A stretch of 54,577 bases of DNA from a virus. Position 1 is the first letter of the stretch; every line of letters begins with the position of its first letter. Location: UHGV virus genome UHGV-0031053. The stretch is one strand, 5' to 3'. Shown here in pieces: positions 1-9,922 of this stretch. Both the position numbers and the translations under genes were made by a program. The notes below the pieces were generated by a model. The model did no database searches, had not been told where the DNA came from, and saw only the letters and a list, made by a program, of their open reading frames with translations.

Positions 1-3
1 AAT

Positions 4-306
4 ATGAATAATGAAGAAGTAGTAAATGTAACAGAAAATTTAGAGGGAGGCAGTCAAATAGTAACTGATGCAGCAAATGCAGTTGCTGAAACAGTTAGCA
101 ATGTCAAGTTATCTAAAGGTAAAATAGCCGTAATCGTAGTAAGTTGTACAGCAGGAGCAGCTGCAGTATATCTATTCGCAAAAAAGGTTGTAGGACCTAA
201 GGTGGCCGATATCAAAGCTAAACGTAAGGCAAAAAAGGATGCTAAAAAGCAGACTATCGACGCTGAAGTCAAAGAAGAAAACATTTCTGCTGACGCAGAA
301 GCTTAA
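4..306 (+). CDS. hypothetical small membrane protein, Lys-rich C-terminus
   Basis: ORF track. ATG at 4. One hydrophobic helix (IAVIVVSCTAGAAAVYLF) followed by a K-rich tail. Confidence 0.45.
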   Translation: MNNEEVVNVTENLEGGSQIVTDAANAVAETVSNVKLSKGKIAVIVVSCTAGAAAVYLFAKKVVGPKVADIKAKRKAKKDAKKQTIDAEVKEENISADAEA

Positions 307-402
307 TCTAAGAATTAAGGAAGATTGTATCAAAGATATCGAGTCTTGAACTAAAAACAAGGCTCTTTATCTTTTGCATTTTAATTGAAAGTGGAGGAAT
401 TT

Positions 403-1005
403 ATGGCAAATTTAGAAGGAAATTCATTTGCATCAAAGGCAAAGAAAGTTGAGGAGCCAAAGGTTAAACAAGTTGTAACAACGGCTAAAGTTAAAAAGCA
501 ATCTGAACTTAGCAAATTTGGTAAAAATTTAGTATCTGATGATGCTGCAGATGTTAAAGAAAGATTAATAAGTGATATATTAATTCCCAAATTTAAGGAT
601 TTAATCGTTGGGTCTATTAAATATGCAGCAGATTTTATATTTTATGGTGGCAGAGGCACTGACTCATATAACAAATCATCGAGTGGTCCTAAAACAGTAT
701 CATATAGTTCATTATATTCTCAGCAATATAATAACTATCAGCAACAAAAACCAAGAAATAGTATCTATGAAGTTGGCGATGTAACATTTGATACGCGAGC
801 TGAAGCAGAGGATGTATTGTTTGCTTTACGTGATGCTTTAAATCGTTATGGGGTTGTATCTGTAGCTGATTATTATGATACATTCGGCGGAAGTCATGAC
901 TTTACAGCAAATAAATATGGTTGGAGAGATTTGAGTACAGCCGATGTTATATCTGTTCGTGGAAGATATTCAATTACATTACCACGTGCAGTACCAATTG
1001 AATAA
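403..1005 (+). CDS. hypothetical protein
   Basis: ORF track frame 385-1005. ATG at 403 preferred, 6 nt after GGAGG at 393-397; 385 is a TTG. Confidence 0.5.
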   Translation: MANLEGNSFASKAKKVEEPKVKQVVTTAKVKKQSELSKFGKNLVSDDAADVKERLISDILIPKFKDLIVGSIKYAADFIFYGGRGTDSYNKSSSGPKTVSYSSLYSQQYNNYQQQKPRNSIYEVGDVTFDTRAEAEDVLFALRDALNRYGVVSVADYYDTFGGSHDFTANKYGWRDLSTADVISVRGRYSITLPRAVPIE

Positions 1006-1023
1006 TTAAGAGGGGAAAAATAT

Positions 1024-2046
1024 ATGAAAATTAACACAATTACAAAATTATTTAAATCTGGTATTAATAAATTGTCATTTAAATTTAATAAAAATAAACC
1101 AGAAATATTAGTAGCAACAGCAATTATATCTAGCATTGGAGCTGTTGTAACTGCATGCATAGCTACAAATAAGGCTAATAATGTTATTGAGCCATTTAAT
1201 AAAAAAGTAGCCGATATAAAAAATAAATTATCTGATGAAACAGCAATTGCAACAGGTGAAGTTAATCCAATAGTTCAAAAAAAGAAACTTGCTAAGACTT
1301 ATTTATCTGCCTTTTCTAAGTTAGCAGTATTATATTCACCTTCAGTTTGCTTATTAGCTATTTCTGCTGGTTCAACAATAGGATCACATAAAATTATGAA
1401 GAATAGAGCATTAGCCTTAGCAGCTGCTTATACAACTGTAGATAGTGGGTTTAAGGCTTATCGTCAAAGAGTTAAGGAAAGATTTGGCGAAGATGTTGAA
1501 GACCTTATTTATCGTAATGTTAAGGACGAAAAAGTTCTAGTTAAAAAGCATGACGAACAAGGAAATGAAGTTGAGGTTGAGGAAATTCAAAAAGTTGCTC
1601 ATCATGATACTTCAAATGAATTTGGATATTTATTTGATGAATCTAATAGGTTATGGGAGAATTCAGCAAAACAAAATATTGATTTAATACTGAATACTCA
1701 AAAATGGCTAAATGATAGTTTAATGGCTAAGAAGTATGTATTTCTTGATGAAGTATTTAGAGCTTTAAATATTCAAGCGGAAAGTATATCTCCACAATTA
1801 GCTAGAATGAGTAAAACATTTGGATGGGTATATGACCCAAGCGATTTAACAAGGGATTCATTTATTTCTTTTGGCATTACTAAACCCGGTTCAAATAGAG
1901 ATTTAAATAAGGCTGGTATGGATGCAATTAGATTTAATCAACCAAGCATTTGGCTATCATTCAATGTCGATGGTGATATTGTTACTCCTTATGATGAAAA
2001 AGGTAAACCAAGAAAGACTTTCTTGAATTATATTTCCGAGTTCTAA
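1024..2046 (+). CDS. membrane protein, member of a 3-copy paralog family (with 52954-53796 and 53780-54544)
   Basis: RBS AGAGGGG. N-terminal TM segment then K-rich stretch then a shared core (KTYLSAFSKLAVLYSP...AAAYTTVDSGFKAYRQRVKERFGED) resembling the two genes at the window end. Confidence 0.55.
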   Translation: MKINTITKLFKSGINKLSFKFNKNKPEILVATAIISSIGAVVTACIATNKANNVIEPFNKKVADIKNKLSDETAIATGEVNPIVQKKKLAKTYLSAFSKLAVLYSPSVCLLAISAGSTIGSHKIMKNRALALAAAYTTVDSGFKAYRQRVKERFGEDVEDLIYRNVKDEKVLVKKHDEQGNEVEVEEIQKVAHHDTSNEFGYLFDESNRLWENSAKQNIDLILNTQKWLNDSLMAKKYVFLDEVFRALNIQAESISPQLARMSKTFGWVYDPSDLTRDSFISFGITKPGSNRDLNKAGMDAIRFNQPSIWLSFNVDGDIVTPYDEKGKPRKTFLNYISEF

Positions 2047-2058
2047 GAGGTGAAAAAA

Positions 2059-2655
2059 ATGAATAAAATATGGGCTTTATTATCTTTTGGTATTGGTGCT
2101 ATAGGTGGATATTTTGTTGCAAAAAAACAGTGTGAAAAGAAATGCAGGGTTGAAGTAGAGGAGATAAGAGCTTACTATCTTGACAAATTTGGTAGCAAAG
2201 AAGATAAGCCAGCTAACGAACCAATTGAACTAGAAATTAAACATGAAGTTCCTTCTCCAGCACAGTCTTCTTTAGATTCTAAAAGTTTTCAGAAGGCTAT
2301 GAAGGATTATAAGAATTATGCATCACAGTATGGTGCTAAAGATATTCCGATGTCAGATATAAACACTAAATTTGTAATAGAAGAAGACGAATATGATGTA
2401 GCTGATAATTATGACGAAAAGAGTCTTATCTATTATAAAGATAAAGTTGTAGCTGATTATGATGACATTGTATACTCAAAAGAAGAGGTTGAAGAATATC
2501 TTGGATGGACTAATTTGAAAGTATTAGACGCCAGTGAAGATAACCGTATATATATTCGTAATACACGCTTGCATATTGATTACGAGGTTATTACAAGTGA
2601 TAAATCATTCTACGGCAATAATTCAAGTATGTGTGATGCTGAAGATGAGGATTAA
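2059..2655 (+). CDS. hypothetical protein with N-terminal TM helix
   Basis: ORF track frame 2050-2655 (GTG). ATG 2059 lies 8 nt after AAGAGG. Confidence 0.5.
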   Translation: MNKIWALLSFGIGAIGGYFVAKKQCEKKCRVEVEEIRAYYLDKFGSKEDKPANEPIELEIKHEVPSPAQSSLDSKSFQKAMKDYKNYASQYGAKDIPMSDINTKFVIEEDEYDVADNYDEKSLIYYKDKVVADYDDIVYSKEEVEEYLGWTNLKVLDASEDNRIYIRNTRLHIDYEVITSDKSFYGNNSSMCDAEDED

Positions 2656-3185
2656 TGGAGAATTTATATTTCAATTGGTTAGCTCAAAAGGCTATCAATG
2701 ACGAGGAAAAGAGAGCCCAATATAGTAATTTATTGATGGCTCTTTATTCTTGTCAATTTAATTATATTATTCCTAAGGATAGAAATAGGTATTTAGATGG
2801 CGTAAATCTTCGATATAGATTTGGTGATGAGTGCAACATTCCATGCAATTATGTAGCATCTGAACTAGATGTAAGAGATTGTTCAATGTTAGAAATGATG
2901 GTAGCTCTAGCAATAAGATGCGAAGAGTCAATTATGCACGAAGAATCTATGGGAGATAGGACATCATTATGGTTTTCTACAATGCTTAATAGCTTATTAT
3001 TAACATGCATGACAAATGAAAATTTTGACATTGATTATGTTTATTATAGGCTTGATATTTTTATGAATAGACAATATAAAGCTGACGGTGAAGGAGGTTT
3101 ATTCACTATTGCTAATCCTAGGGAAGATATGAGAACAGTAGAGATATGGTATCAAATGTGCTGGTATTTAGATACTATATCTTAA
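2655..3185 (+). CDS. hypothetical protein
   Basis: ORF track. ATG overlaps the upstream stop (TAATGG). Confidence 0.45.
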   Translation: MENLYFNWLAQKAINDEEKRAQYSNLLMALYSCQFNYIIPKDRNRYLDGVNLRYRFGDECNIPCNYVASELDVRDCSMLEMMVALAIRCEESIMHEESMGDRTSLWFSTMLNSLLLTCMTNENFDIDYVYYRLDIFMNRQYKADGEGGLFTIANPREDMRTVEIWYQMCWYLDTIS

Positions 3186-3206
3186 TAGAAATAAGGAGAA
3201 ACAATA

Positions 3207-6200
3207 ATGGTAGATTTTATTCAAATATCTGCTAGATCTAAAGGCAAAGTAGTAGAAATCTACCCAAAATTTATCATTGGAAAAACTAAAGATTTAATGA
3301 TTAAAGGAGGAGATTTCTATGCTATATGGATTGAAGAAAAGGGGTTATGGTCCACTGATGAGCAAGATGTCATAACTTTAATTGACAATGAATTAACAAA
3401 GTACGCCAATGAGCATAAATCTAAGTTTGAAGATGATTACGTAAATATATTGTATATGCATGATGCTGATTCTGGAACAATAGATAGATGGCATAAATAT
3501 GTTCAAAAACAAATGCGAGATACTTATAAGGATTTAGATACAAGTTTAATATTCTCGAATGAAAAAACTAATAAGGATATGTATGCTAGTAAAACTTTAT
3601 CATATCCGCTAGTAAGTGGTAATTGTGAGAATTATGAAAAACTTATATCTACATTGTATGATGAGGATGAGCGTAGAAAAATTGAATGGGCTATTGGAGC
3701 GATTGTTAGTGGAGATTCAAAGCACTTGCAGAAATTTTTAGTATTATATGGTCCACCGGGTAGCGGTAAATCGACAATATTAAATATAGTCCAAATGTTA
3801 TTTGATGGCTACTATACAGTGTTTGAAGCATCTGTATTAGGCTCACCAAATGCTCAATTTGCTATGGAGCAGTTCAAGTCCAATCCATTAGTAGCAATAC
3901 AACAAGATGGTGATTTATCTAAGATTGAGGATAACACTAGATTGAATTCATTGATATCGCATGAATTAATGGTAGTTAATGAAAAACATAAGTCATTATA
4001 TTCAGTCAAATTCAGATGCATGTGCTTGCTCGGTACTAATAAATTTATTAAGATTACAGATTCTCAATCAGGTATGATAAGACGTCTAATTGATGTAGTA
4101 CCATCTGGGCGAAAGTTACCTAATAGTGAGTACGAAGACATAATGGGAAAAATACCATTTGAGCTTAGTGCAATAGCATATCATTGTAAGAGTGTTTATA
4201 CCAAATATGCACATTATTATGATAACTACAAACCTATTCGTATGATGGGTGAATCTAATGATTTCTTTAATTTCATATTAGACAGTTACTTCACATTTGA
4301 GAAAGAGGATGGGGTAAGTTTAAAGCAAGCATGGGAGCTTTATAAAATGTACTGTAGTGAGTCTAATATTCCTTATCCGTTGACTAAGAGAGTATTTAGA
4401 ACTGAACTTGCTAATTATTTTAGGGATTATTCGGATAGAGTTAAGGTTGGCGATGAATGGGTTAGAAGTTGGTATTCGGGTTTTAAATACGAAATGCTAA
4501 ATAATACAATCGAAAAAACAAATGCAAAAGTAGTAGATGAACCTGTGAATTATATTGACTTCAAGGAACAAAAGTCTAACCTTGACATTTTATGTGCTGA
4601 TTGTCCTGCTCAATATGGTACAGATGCAGGTATCCCTAAACGTAAATGGGATAATGTTACAACTAAGTTATCTGATTTAGATACAGCTAAATTGCATTAC
4701 CTTAAAGTTCCAGAGAATCATATTGTTATTGATTTTGATTTAAAAGATGAAGATGGTAATAAGTCGTTCGAAAGGAACTTAAAGGAGGCTTCTAAATGGC
4801 CTAAAACATATGCTGAATTATCTAAATCTGGCGGTGGAATCCATTTACATTATATTTACAATGGTGATGCTTCAAAATTATCAAGATTGTATGCTGACGA
4901 TATCGAAATAAAGATATTTACAGGCAATAGTTCACTGAGAAGAAAACTTACAAAGTGTAATAGTGAACCTATTAATACAATCAGCTCTGGCTTACCGATA
5001 AAAAAAGGAGAAGGCAAGATGGTTAATTTTGAAACAATTAACAATGAGAAGGCTCTAAGAACAATAATTAAAAAGAACCTTCATAAAGAAATACATCCGG
5101 CGACAAAGCCATCTATTGATTTTATTTATAAGGTTTTAGAGGATGCTTATGAGTCTGGTATTGTATATGACGTTTCTGATTTGTATAATGCAGTACTTTC
5201 ATTTGCTAATGCTAGTACAAATCAGTCTGAATATTGTTTGAAATTAGTAACAAAGATGCATTTTAAATCAGATTTAGCATCTGAGAGCGTTGACTATTGT
5301 GATAGTGACCCCGTTGAGAAACCTATTACAATGTTTGATATTGAGGTATTTCCAAATGTATCATTTGTTAATTTTAAACAAGTTGGCGATGATAAGCCAA
5401 TGAAAAGATTTATAAATCCAAAACCTAATGAAATTGAGGCATTAATTAAAAATCATAGGATTGTTGGTTTCAATTGTAGAGGCTATGATAATCATATTTT
5501 ATATGCGATGATGCTCGGATATACAAATATGCAATTGTATAATCTATCACAGAAATTGGTCGGGGCTAATAAGAAAGATATGAATGGTAAATATGCCGGT
5601 TTCTTAGAGGCATACAACATAAGTTATACGGATATTTACGATTATGCAGTTAAGAAACAAAAGTTAAAAAAGTGGGAACTTGAATTAATGGATGAGTGGA
5701 ATCTTAAGCATCCACATATGCAAATTAAGCACCACGAATTAGGTTTGAAATGGGACCAGCCTGTTCCTGAAGAGTTATGGCCTAAAGTATCTGAGTACTG
5801 TGATGATGATGTATATGCAACCGAGGCAACTTGGTTTGCAACTCAAGCCGACTTCAAGGCAAGAGAAATATTAGTAGAACTTGTTAAGATTATTCATGGT
5901 ATTGATGCAAATGTTAATATGACTACTAATACATTATCAGCAAAGATTATATTTGGAAATAACAAAACACCTCAGTTAAATTATGTCGCAGCTCAAGAGC
6001 AATTGCGAAAGGAATTTCCGGAGTATGAATTTAAGCAAATAACTGATGATGGCGGTAAAACACATTGGGTAAATTGGTATAGAAATACTGATTTAGGTTT
6101 CGGTGGATATATATATGCTTCACTGGGAATGTATGGAAATCTTGATGTAGAAGATGTAGAAAGTATGCATCCAACAACTATCGAGGTTCTTAAATTGCTA

Positions 6201-7154
6201 GGTGAAGAAGGTACAAAATTATTTTCAGTTATTAAAAATCTAAGAATTAATATTAAACATAAAGAATTTGATAAAGCAAGACATCTATTTGAAGGTAAGT
6301 TAGCACCATATCTTGAAGATGAGGATATGGCAAAGGGACTAGCTGGTGCATTAAAGATAGTTATAAACAGTGTGTATGGTCTTACATCAGCTAAATTTGA
6401 TAATCCATTCACAGATAGACCAAATAATGCTAATAACATTGTCGCATTAAGAGGAGCTCTTATGATGAGAACACTTCAAGATGAGGTTGAAGCTCGTGGA
6501 TTTAAGGTAGTACATATTAAGACAGATTCAATTAAGATTGCTGATGCAACACCTGAGATAATTGAATTTGTTAGAGAATTTGGTAAAAAGTATGGTTATA
6601 ACTTTGAAACAGAGGATACATTTGACCGTATATGTCTTGTGAATGATGCAGTGTATATTGCTAAAGATAAAGAAGGACAATGGCATGCAACAGGAGCTCA
6701 GTTTGCTGTACCTTACGTGTTTAAGAAATGCTTTAGTAAAGAACCTATCGAATTCAAAGATATGTGTGAAATTAAGGAAGTTCAAACTGCTATGTTCCTA
6801 GATTTTGGAGAAGGTAAGGATTTACGATTTGTAGGTAAGGTTGGTTCATTCACACCAATTAAATTAAATTGTGGTGGCGGCTTACTTGTTAAGGAGCAAT
6901 TAAAGAAAGATGGCTCTATTGGAATGGATGCGGTTACTGGCACAAAAGGATATCAATGGCTTGAATCGTCAGATGTGTCATCTAATCTACTAATGGATTC
7001 AATTGATAAGTCTTATTATGAGGAACTTGTCAATAAGGCTGTTGAAACAATAAATAAATATGGGGACTATGAGTGGTTTGTATCTGATGATCCATATCAA
7101 GGTCCTGTATATATTAATGGACGACCTGACTATTCAATCGGATGTCCATTTTAA
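3207..7154 (+). CDS. multidomain replication protein: P-loop NTPase + AEP-type primase (prim-pol) domain + family-B DNA polymerase with 3'-5' exonuclease
   Basis: Walker A LVLYGPPGSGKST (~nt 3761-3787). AEP motif I VIDFDLKD (~4730-4750) and motif II SGGGIHLHYIY (~4829-4855). PolB Exo I MFDIEVFPN (~5336), Exo II YCDDDVYATE (~5795), motif A LDVEDVESMHPT (~6148-6180; His where the steric-gate Tyr of DxxSLYPS normally sits), motif B KIVINSVYG (~6352-6378), motif C HIKTDSI (~6508-6534). Confidence 0.75.
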   Translation: MVDFIQISARSKGKVVEIYPKFIIGKTKDLMIKGGDFYAIWIEEKGLWSTDEQDVITLIDNELTKYANEHKSKFEDDYVNILYMHDADSGTIDRWHKYVQKQMRDTYKDLDTSLIFSNEKTNKDMYASKTLSYPLVSGNCENYEKLISTLYDEDERRKIEWAIGAIVSGDSKHLQKFLVLYGPPGSGKSTILNIVQMLFDGYYTVFEASVLGSPNAQFAMEQFKSNPLVAIQQDGDLSKIEDNTRLNSLISHELMVVNEKHKSLYSVKFRCMCLLGTNKFIKITDSQSGMIRRLIDVVPSGRKLPNSEYEDIMGKIPFELSAIAYHCKSVYTKYAHYYDNYKPIRMMGESNDFFNFILDSYFTFEKEDGVSLKQAWELYKMYCSESNIPYPLTKRVFRTELANYFRDYSDRVKVGDEWVRSWYSGFKYEMLNNTIEKTNAKVVDEPVNYIDFKEQKSNLDILCADCPAQYGTDAGIPKRKWDNVTTKLSDLDTAKLHYLKVPENHIVIDFDLKDEDGNKSFERNLKEASKWPKTYAELSKSGGGIHLHYIYNGDASKLSRLYADDIEIKIFTGNSSLRRKLTKCNSEPINTISSGLPIKKGEGKMVNFETINNEKALRTIIKKNLHKEIHPATKPSIDFIYKVLEDAYESGIVYDVSDLYNAVLSFANASTNQSEYCLKLVTKMHFKSDLASESVDYCDSDPVEKPITMFDIEVFPNVSFVNFKQVGDDKPMKRFINPKPNEIEALIKNHRIVGFNCRGYDNHILYAMMLGYTNMQLYNLSQKLVGANKKDMNGKYAGFLEAYNISYTDIYDYAVKKQKLKKWELELMDEWNLKHPHMQIKHHELGLKWDQPVPEELWPKVSEYCDDDVYATEATWFATQADFKAREILVELVKIIHGIDANVNMTTNTLSAKIIFGNNKTPQLNYVAAQEQLRKEFPEYEFKQITDDGGKTHWVNWYRNTDLGFGGYIYASLGMYGNLDVEDVESMHPTTIEVLKLLGEEGTKLFSVIKNLRINIKHKEFDKARHLFEGKLAPYLEDEDMAKGLAGALKIVINSVYGLTSAKFDNPFTDRPNNANNIVALRGALMMRTLQDEVEARGFKVVHIKTDSIKIADATPEIIEFVREFGKKYGYNFETEDTFDRICLVNDAVYIAKDKEGQWHATGAQFAVPYVFKKCFSKEPIEFKDMCEIKEVQTAMFLDFGEGKDLRFVGKVGSFTPIKLNCGGGLLVKEQLKKDGSIGMDAVTGTKGYQWLESSDVSSNLLMDSIDKSYYEELVNKAVETINKYGDYEWFVSDDPYQGPVYINGRPDYSIGCPF

Positions 7155-7178
7155 AATTAATAAAGAGGGGAATTAAAA

Positions 7179-7772
7179 ATGAGTAATTTATCAACTAATG
7201 CTTATTTAGCATTGCAACAATCAGAGTTTATATTTGGAACTAGAAATAATGCTAAGGATATTGAAATCCGTAATGCAGTTATATTATTTAGAAACTTAGC
7301 TGGCGCTGAGCGTGTAGGTAAGAGAAAGGATGGTTCTTCATTTAAGTCACGTGGAGCTGATTTTAAGGTTGCTATTTCCGAGGAAGTATATAAAACACTT
7401 GAAAAGATTGGTACTTTCTCTATTTCAGCTTTACCAGTTGAGTTGCCTGAGAGTGAGGAAACAACATTATATTTATTAAGAGTTAAGGTTACTATGGATT
7501 CTGAGTGGCCTCCAGTTATTAAATTATATACTAAAATGAATGGTAAGACATCTGTTAATCAATTGACTAAAGATAGTATTGAAACAGCTGATAGAGTTGA
7601 AATCGATAGAGCAGATATCATCATTCATCCAAGTGAGTATGATGATGGAAAGTTCTCAGTATATTTAAAGCAAATGAATATTTGTACTGTAGAGGCTCAA
7701 GATTTTGGTGGTTATTGGGATGAACTAATTGCTTCAGATGATGTTGAGACTAATCCATTTCCTCAGAACTAA
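7179..7772 (+). CDS. hypothetical protein (possible ssDNA-binding, DUF2815-like)
   Basis: Position between polymerase and helicase. Weak resemblance of the N-terminal region (VILFRNLAGAER...) to phage SSB-like proteins. Not verified. Confidence 0.3.
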   Translation: MSNLSTNAYLALQQSEFIFGTRNNAKDIEIRNAVILFRNLAGAERVGKRKDGSSFKSRGADFKVAISEEVYKTLEKIGTFSISALPVELPESEETTLYLLRVKVTMDSEWPPVIKLYTKMNGKTSVNQLTKDSIETADRVEIDRADIIIHPSEYDDGKFSVYLKQMNICTVEAQDFGGYWDELIASDDVETNPFPQN

Positions 7773-7782
7773 GAGGTTCTAA

Positions 7783-9033
7783 ATGGAGGGAGTACAGCTA
7801 TTCGATTGGCAAGTAGAAGCTCTCCATAAAATGAAAAATGGTTGTATATTGAATGGCGGTGTCGGTTCTGGTAAGTCTAGGACTGGCATCGGCTATTATT
7901 ATATTCTCAATGGTGGAGAGATTAATACTAAAAAGTATGTGAAGATGACAAATCCTACTGACTTATATATTATCACTACCGCCAGAAAGAGGGATACTGG
8001 CGAATGGGATAAGGATTTGAAACCATATGGTTTGTCAGTTAACTCTGAGATTAATATGTACAAGAATAAGGTCATTGTAGATTCTTGGAATAATATAGGA
8101 AAATATTATGGTGTTAAAAATGCTTTCTTTATATTTGATGAGCAAAGAGTTGTTGGCTATGGAAAGTGGTCAGCTACGTTCATAGAGATATCAAAGCATA
8201 ATAAGTGGATTTTATTGTCAGCTACACCGGGCGATACGTGGATGGACTTTATACCAGTGTTTATAGCAAATGGATTTTACAAAAATAAGACTGACTTTTG
8301 TAATAAGCACGTTATATATAGTCGATATACTAACTATCCGAAAGTTGATAAGTTCTTTGGCGAAGGGCGTCTTATAAGACTTAAAAAGGAAATACTTATT
8401 GATATGGATTTTCAAAGGAAGACTATTCCGCATAAGATTAAAATCTACACAGAATATGATAAAAAATTATATTCAATTGTAGATAGGCAAAGGTGGAATC
8501 CGTATAAGGAAGAACCTATCAAGAATGCAGGCGAATGGTGCTTATGCTTGAGAAGAGTAGTTAACAGCTCAGAAGAAAGAAAAAAAGCAGTTCTAGATAT
8601 AGTAAAAGAACATCCAAAAGCTATTATATTCTATACATTTGATTATGAACTTGAGATGCTCAGGGATGTATTTAAGGATTATCCACATGCTGAGTGGAAT
8701 GGACATAAACATCAAGATTTACCTGATGGCGATGAATGGGTTTACTTTGTTGAGTATATTGCTGGTAATGAAGGATGGAATTGCATTACAACTGATACTA
8801 TTATTTTCTATTCACAGAACTATTCATATAAGGTTATGACTCAGGCTGCGGGTAGAATAGATAGGCTTAATACACCATATACGGACTTATATTATTATCA
8901 TCTTATGTCAATGTCGAATATAGATAGAACTATAGCTCGTTCATTAGCATGCAAGAAAAAATTCAATGAAAATAAATATTACGAAAGCAAATTCGGAAAT
9001 GAAAAGGAGAAAGAAATTTATGGAATTCGATGA
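7783..9033 (+). CDS. SF2 (DEAD/DEAH or SNF2-like) DNA helicase
   Basis: Motif I GGVGSGKSRTG, motif II FIFDEQ, motif III LLSATPG, motif VI QAAGRIDR. Confidence 0.75.
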   Translation: MEGVQLFDWQVEALHKMKNGCILNGGVGSGKSRTGIGYYYILNGGEINTKKYVKMTNPTDLYIITTARKRDTGEWDKDLKPYGLSVNSEINMYKNKVIVDSWNNIGKYYGVKNAFFIFDEQRVVGYGKWSATFIEISKHNKWILLSATPGDTWMDFIPVFIANGFYKNKTDFCNKHVIYSRYTNYPKVDKFFGEGRLIRLKKEILIDMDFQRKTIPHKIKIYTEYDKKLYSIVDRQRWNPYKEEPIKNAGEWCLCLRRVVNSSEERKKAVLDIVKEHPKAIIFYTFDYELEMLRDVFKDYPHAEWNGHKHQDLPDGDEWVYFVEYIAGNEGWNCITTDTIIFYSQNYSYKVMTQAAGRIDRLNTPYTDLYYYHLMSMSNIDRTIARSLACKKKFNENKYYESKFGNEKEKEIYGIR

Positions 9034-9391
9034 TGAAACAAAAACAATAACATGTACAAATAAAAAAGATGCATTTTTTCTAATAACGGCAATTGAGTAT
9101 TATTTGAATCCTCATTCAAAAATTATGTCACTTGCAACAGTTCGCGAACTACTTGAACAGCTCCCTGTTAAAGAGAATTTCGGTTTTAAAGAAAAGGGGC
9201 ATTTAATATTTAAATATAACATAGAAAAATCATTAATTATTCTTGATTTTAGTTATGAGTTATACGATGAAAAAATGAGTTATGTTTTAGAGGTGGGACC
9301 ATTTTGTGTTGAAGATGGTGGTTTAAGTGTAATGGATAACGACACTAGAATGTACGATGCCTTAAAACAAATAAAAAATATTAAAAACTAG
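9020..9391 (+). CDS. hypothetical protein
   Basis: ORF track frame 8966-9391. ATG 9020 follows AAGGAG (9004-9009) and avoids a long overlap with the helicase gene. Confidence 0.4.
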   Translation: MEFDDETKTITCTNKKDAFFLITAIEYYLNPHSKIMSLATVRELLEQLPVKENFGFKEKGHLIFKYNIEKSLIILDFSYELYDEKMSYVLEVGPFCVEDGGLSVMDNDTRMYDALKQIKNIKN

Positions 9392-9403
9392 GTGGTGTGA
9401 TTT

Positions 9404-9922
9404 ATGACAAAATTTGGAGTTAAGTTTTCTAATTTGATTATTAAAATTGGTGGTTTTATAGCTAGTAAGAAATGGCTATATTACTTGCTAAATTATACGT
9501 GGGGATTATTACCTACATTACTTGGATGGCTATTATATTTATGCTGTATGCCATTTGCGTTCTATAAAGACAAAAGATATGGTATGAGATATATTAGCTT
9601 TGATGCTCAGAGTGGATGGGGCTTTTCATTAGGCACTTCAATATTCATTAGTAATCGTATTTCTGAGTGTGTTATACCTCATGAAATAGGGCATACAATA
9701 CAGAATGCAATATTTGGACCTTTTCAAATTATATTGGTTGATATACCTAGTGCCATAAGATTCTGGTATAGAAAGATACTCGCTAAATGTGGAAAGAAGT
9801 TAATTAAAAAATACGATGACATTTGGTTTGAATCTTCCGCTACATCTTTAGGAGTAATTATTAGTATCACTTGGAAGAGAAACTGGTCAACAGACAGAAG
9901 AAAAGAAAAAGAAAAGAAATAA
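9404..9922 (+). CDS. integral membrane protein with HExxH motif (putative zincin-like metallopeptidase)
   Basis: Several hydrophobic helices. CVIPHEIGHTIQN contains HEIGH. Confidence 0.45.
   Translation: MTKFGVKFSNLIIKIGGFIASKKWLYYLLNYTWGLLPTLLGWLLYLCCMPFAFYKDKRYGMRYISFDAQSGWGFSLGTSIFISNRISECVIPHEIGHTIQNAIFGPFQIILVDIPSAIRFWYRKILAKCGKKLIKKYDDIWFESSATSLGVIISITWKRNWSTDRRKEKEKK

Noticed and set aside
54-284. Antisense ORFs nested inside genes (e.g. 54-284, 172-360, 5993-6439, 6528-6785, 29812-30285, 31930-32259, 39081-39404)
   Set aside because: Each is fully embedded opposite a well-supported + strand gene, lacks an RBS and has low-complexity composition. Classic spurious antisense ORFs.
8639-8839. 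Nested same-strand ORFs inside larger genes (8639-8839, 35800-35991, 36121-36306, 42712-42942)
   Set aside because: Alternate-frame ORFs within the helicase, Tal and paralog A genes, with no independent support.
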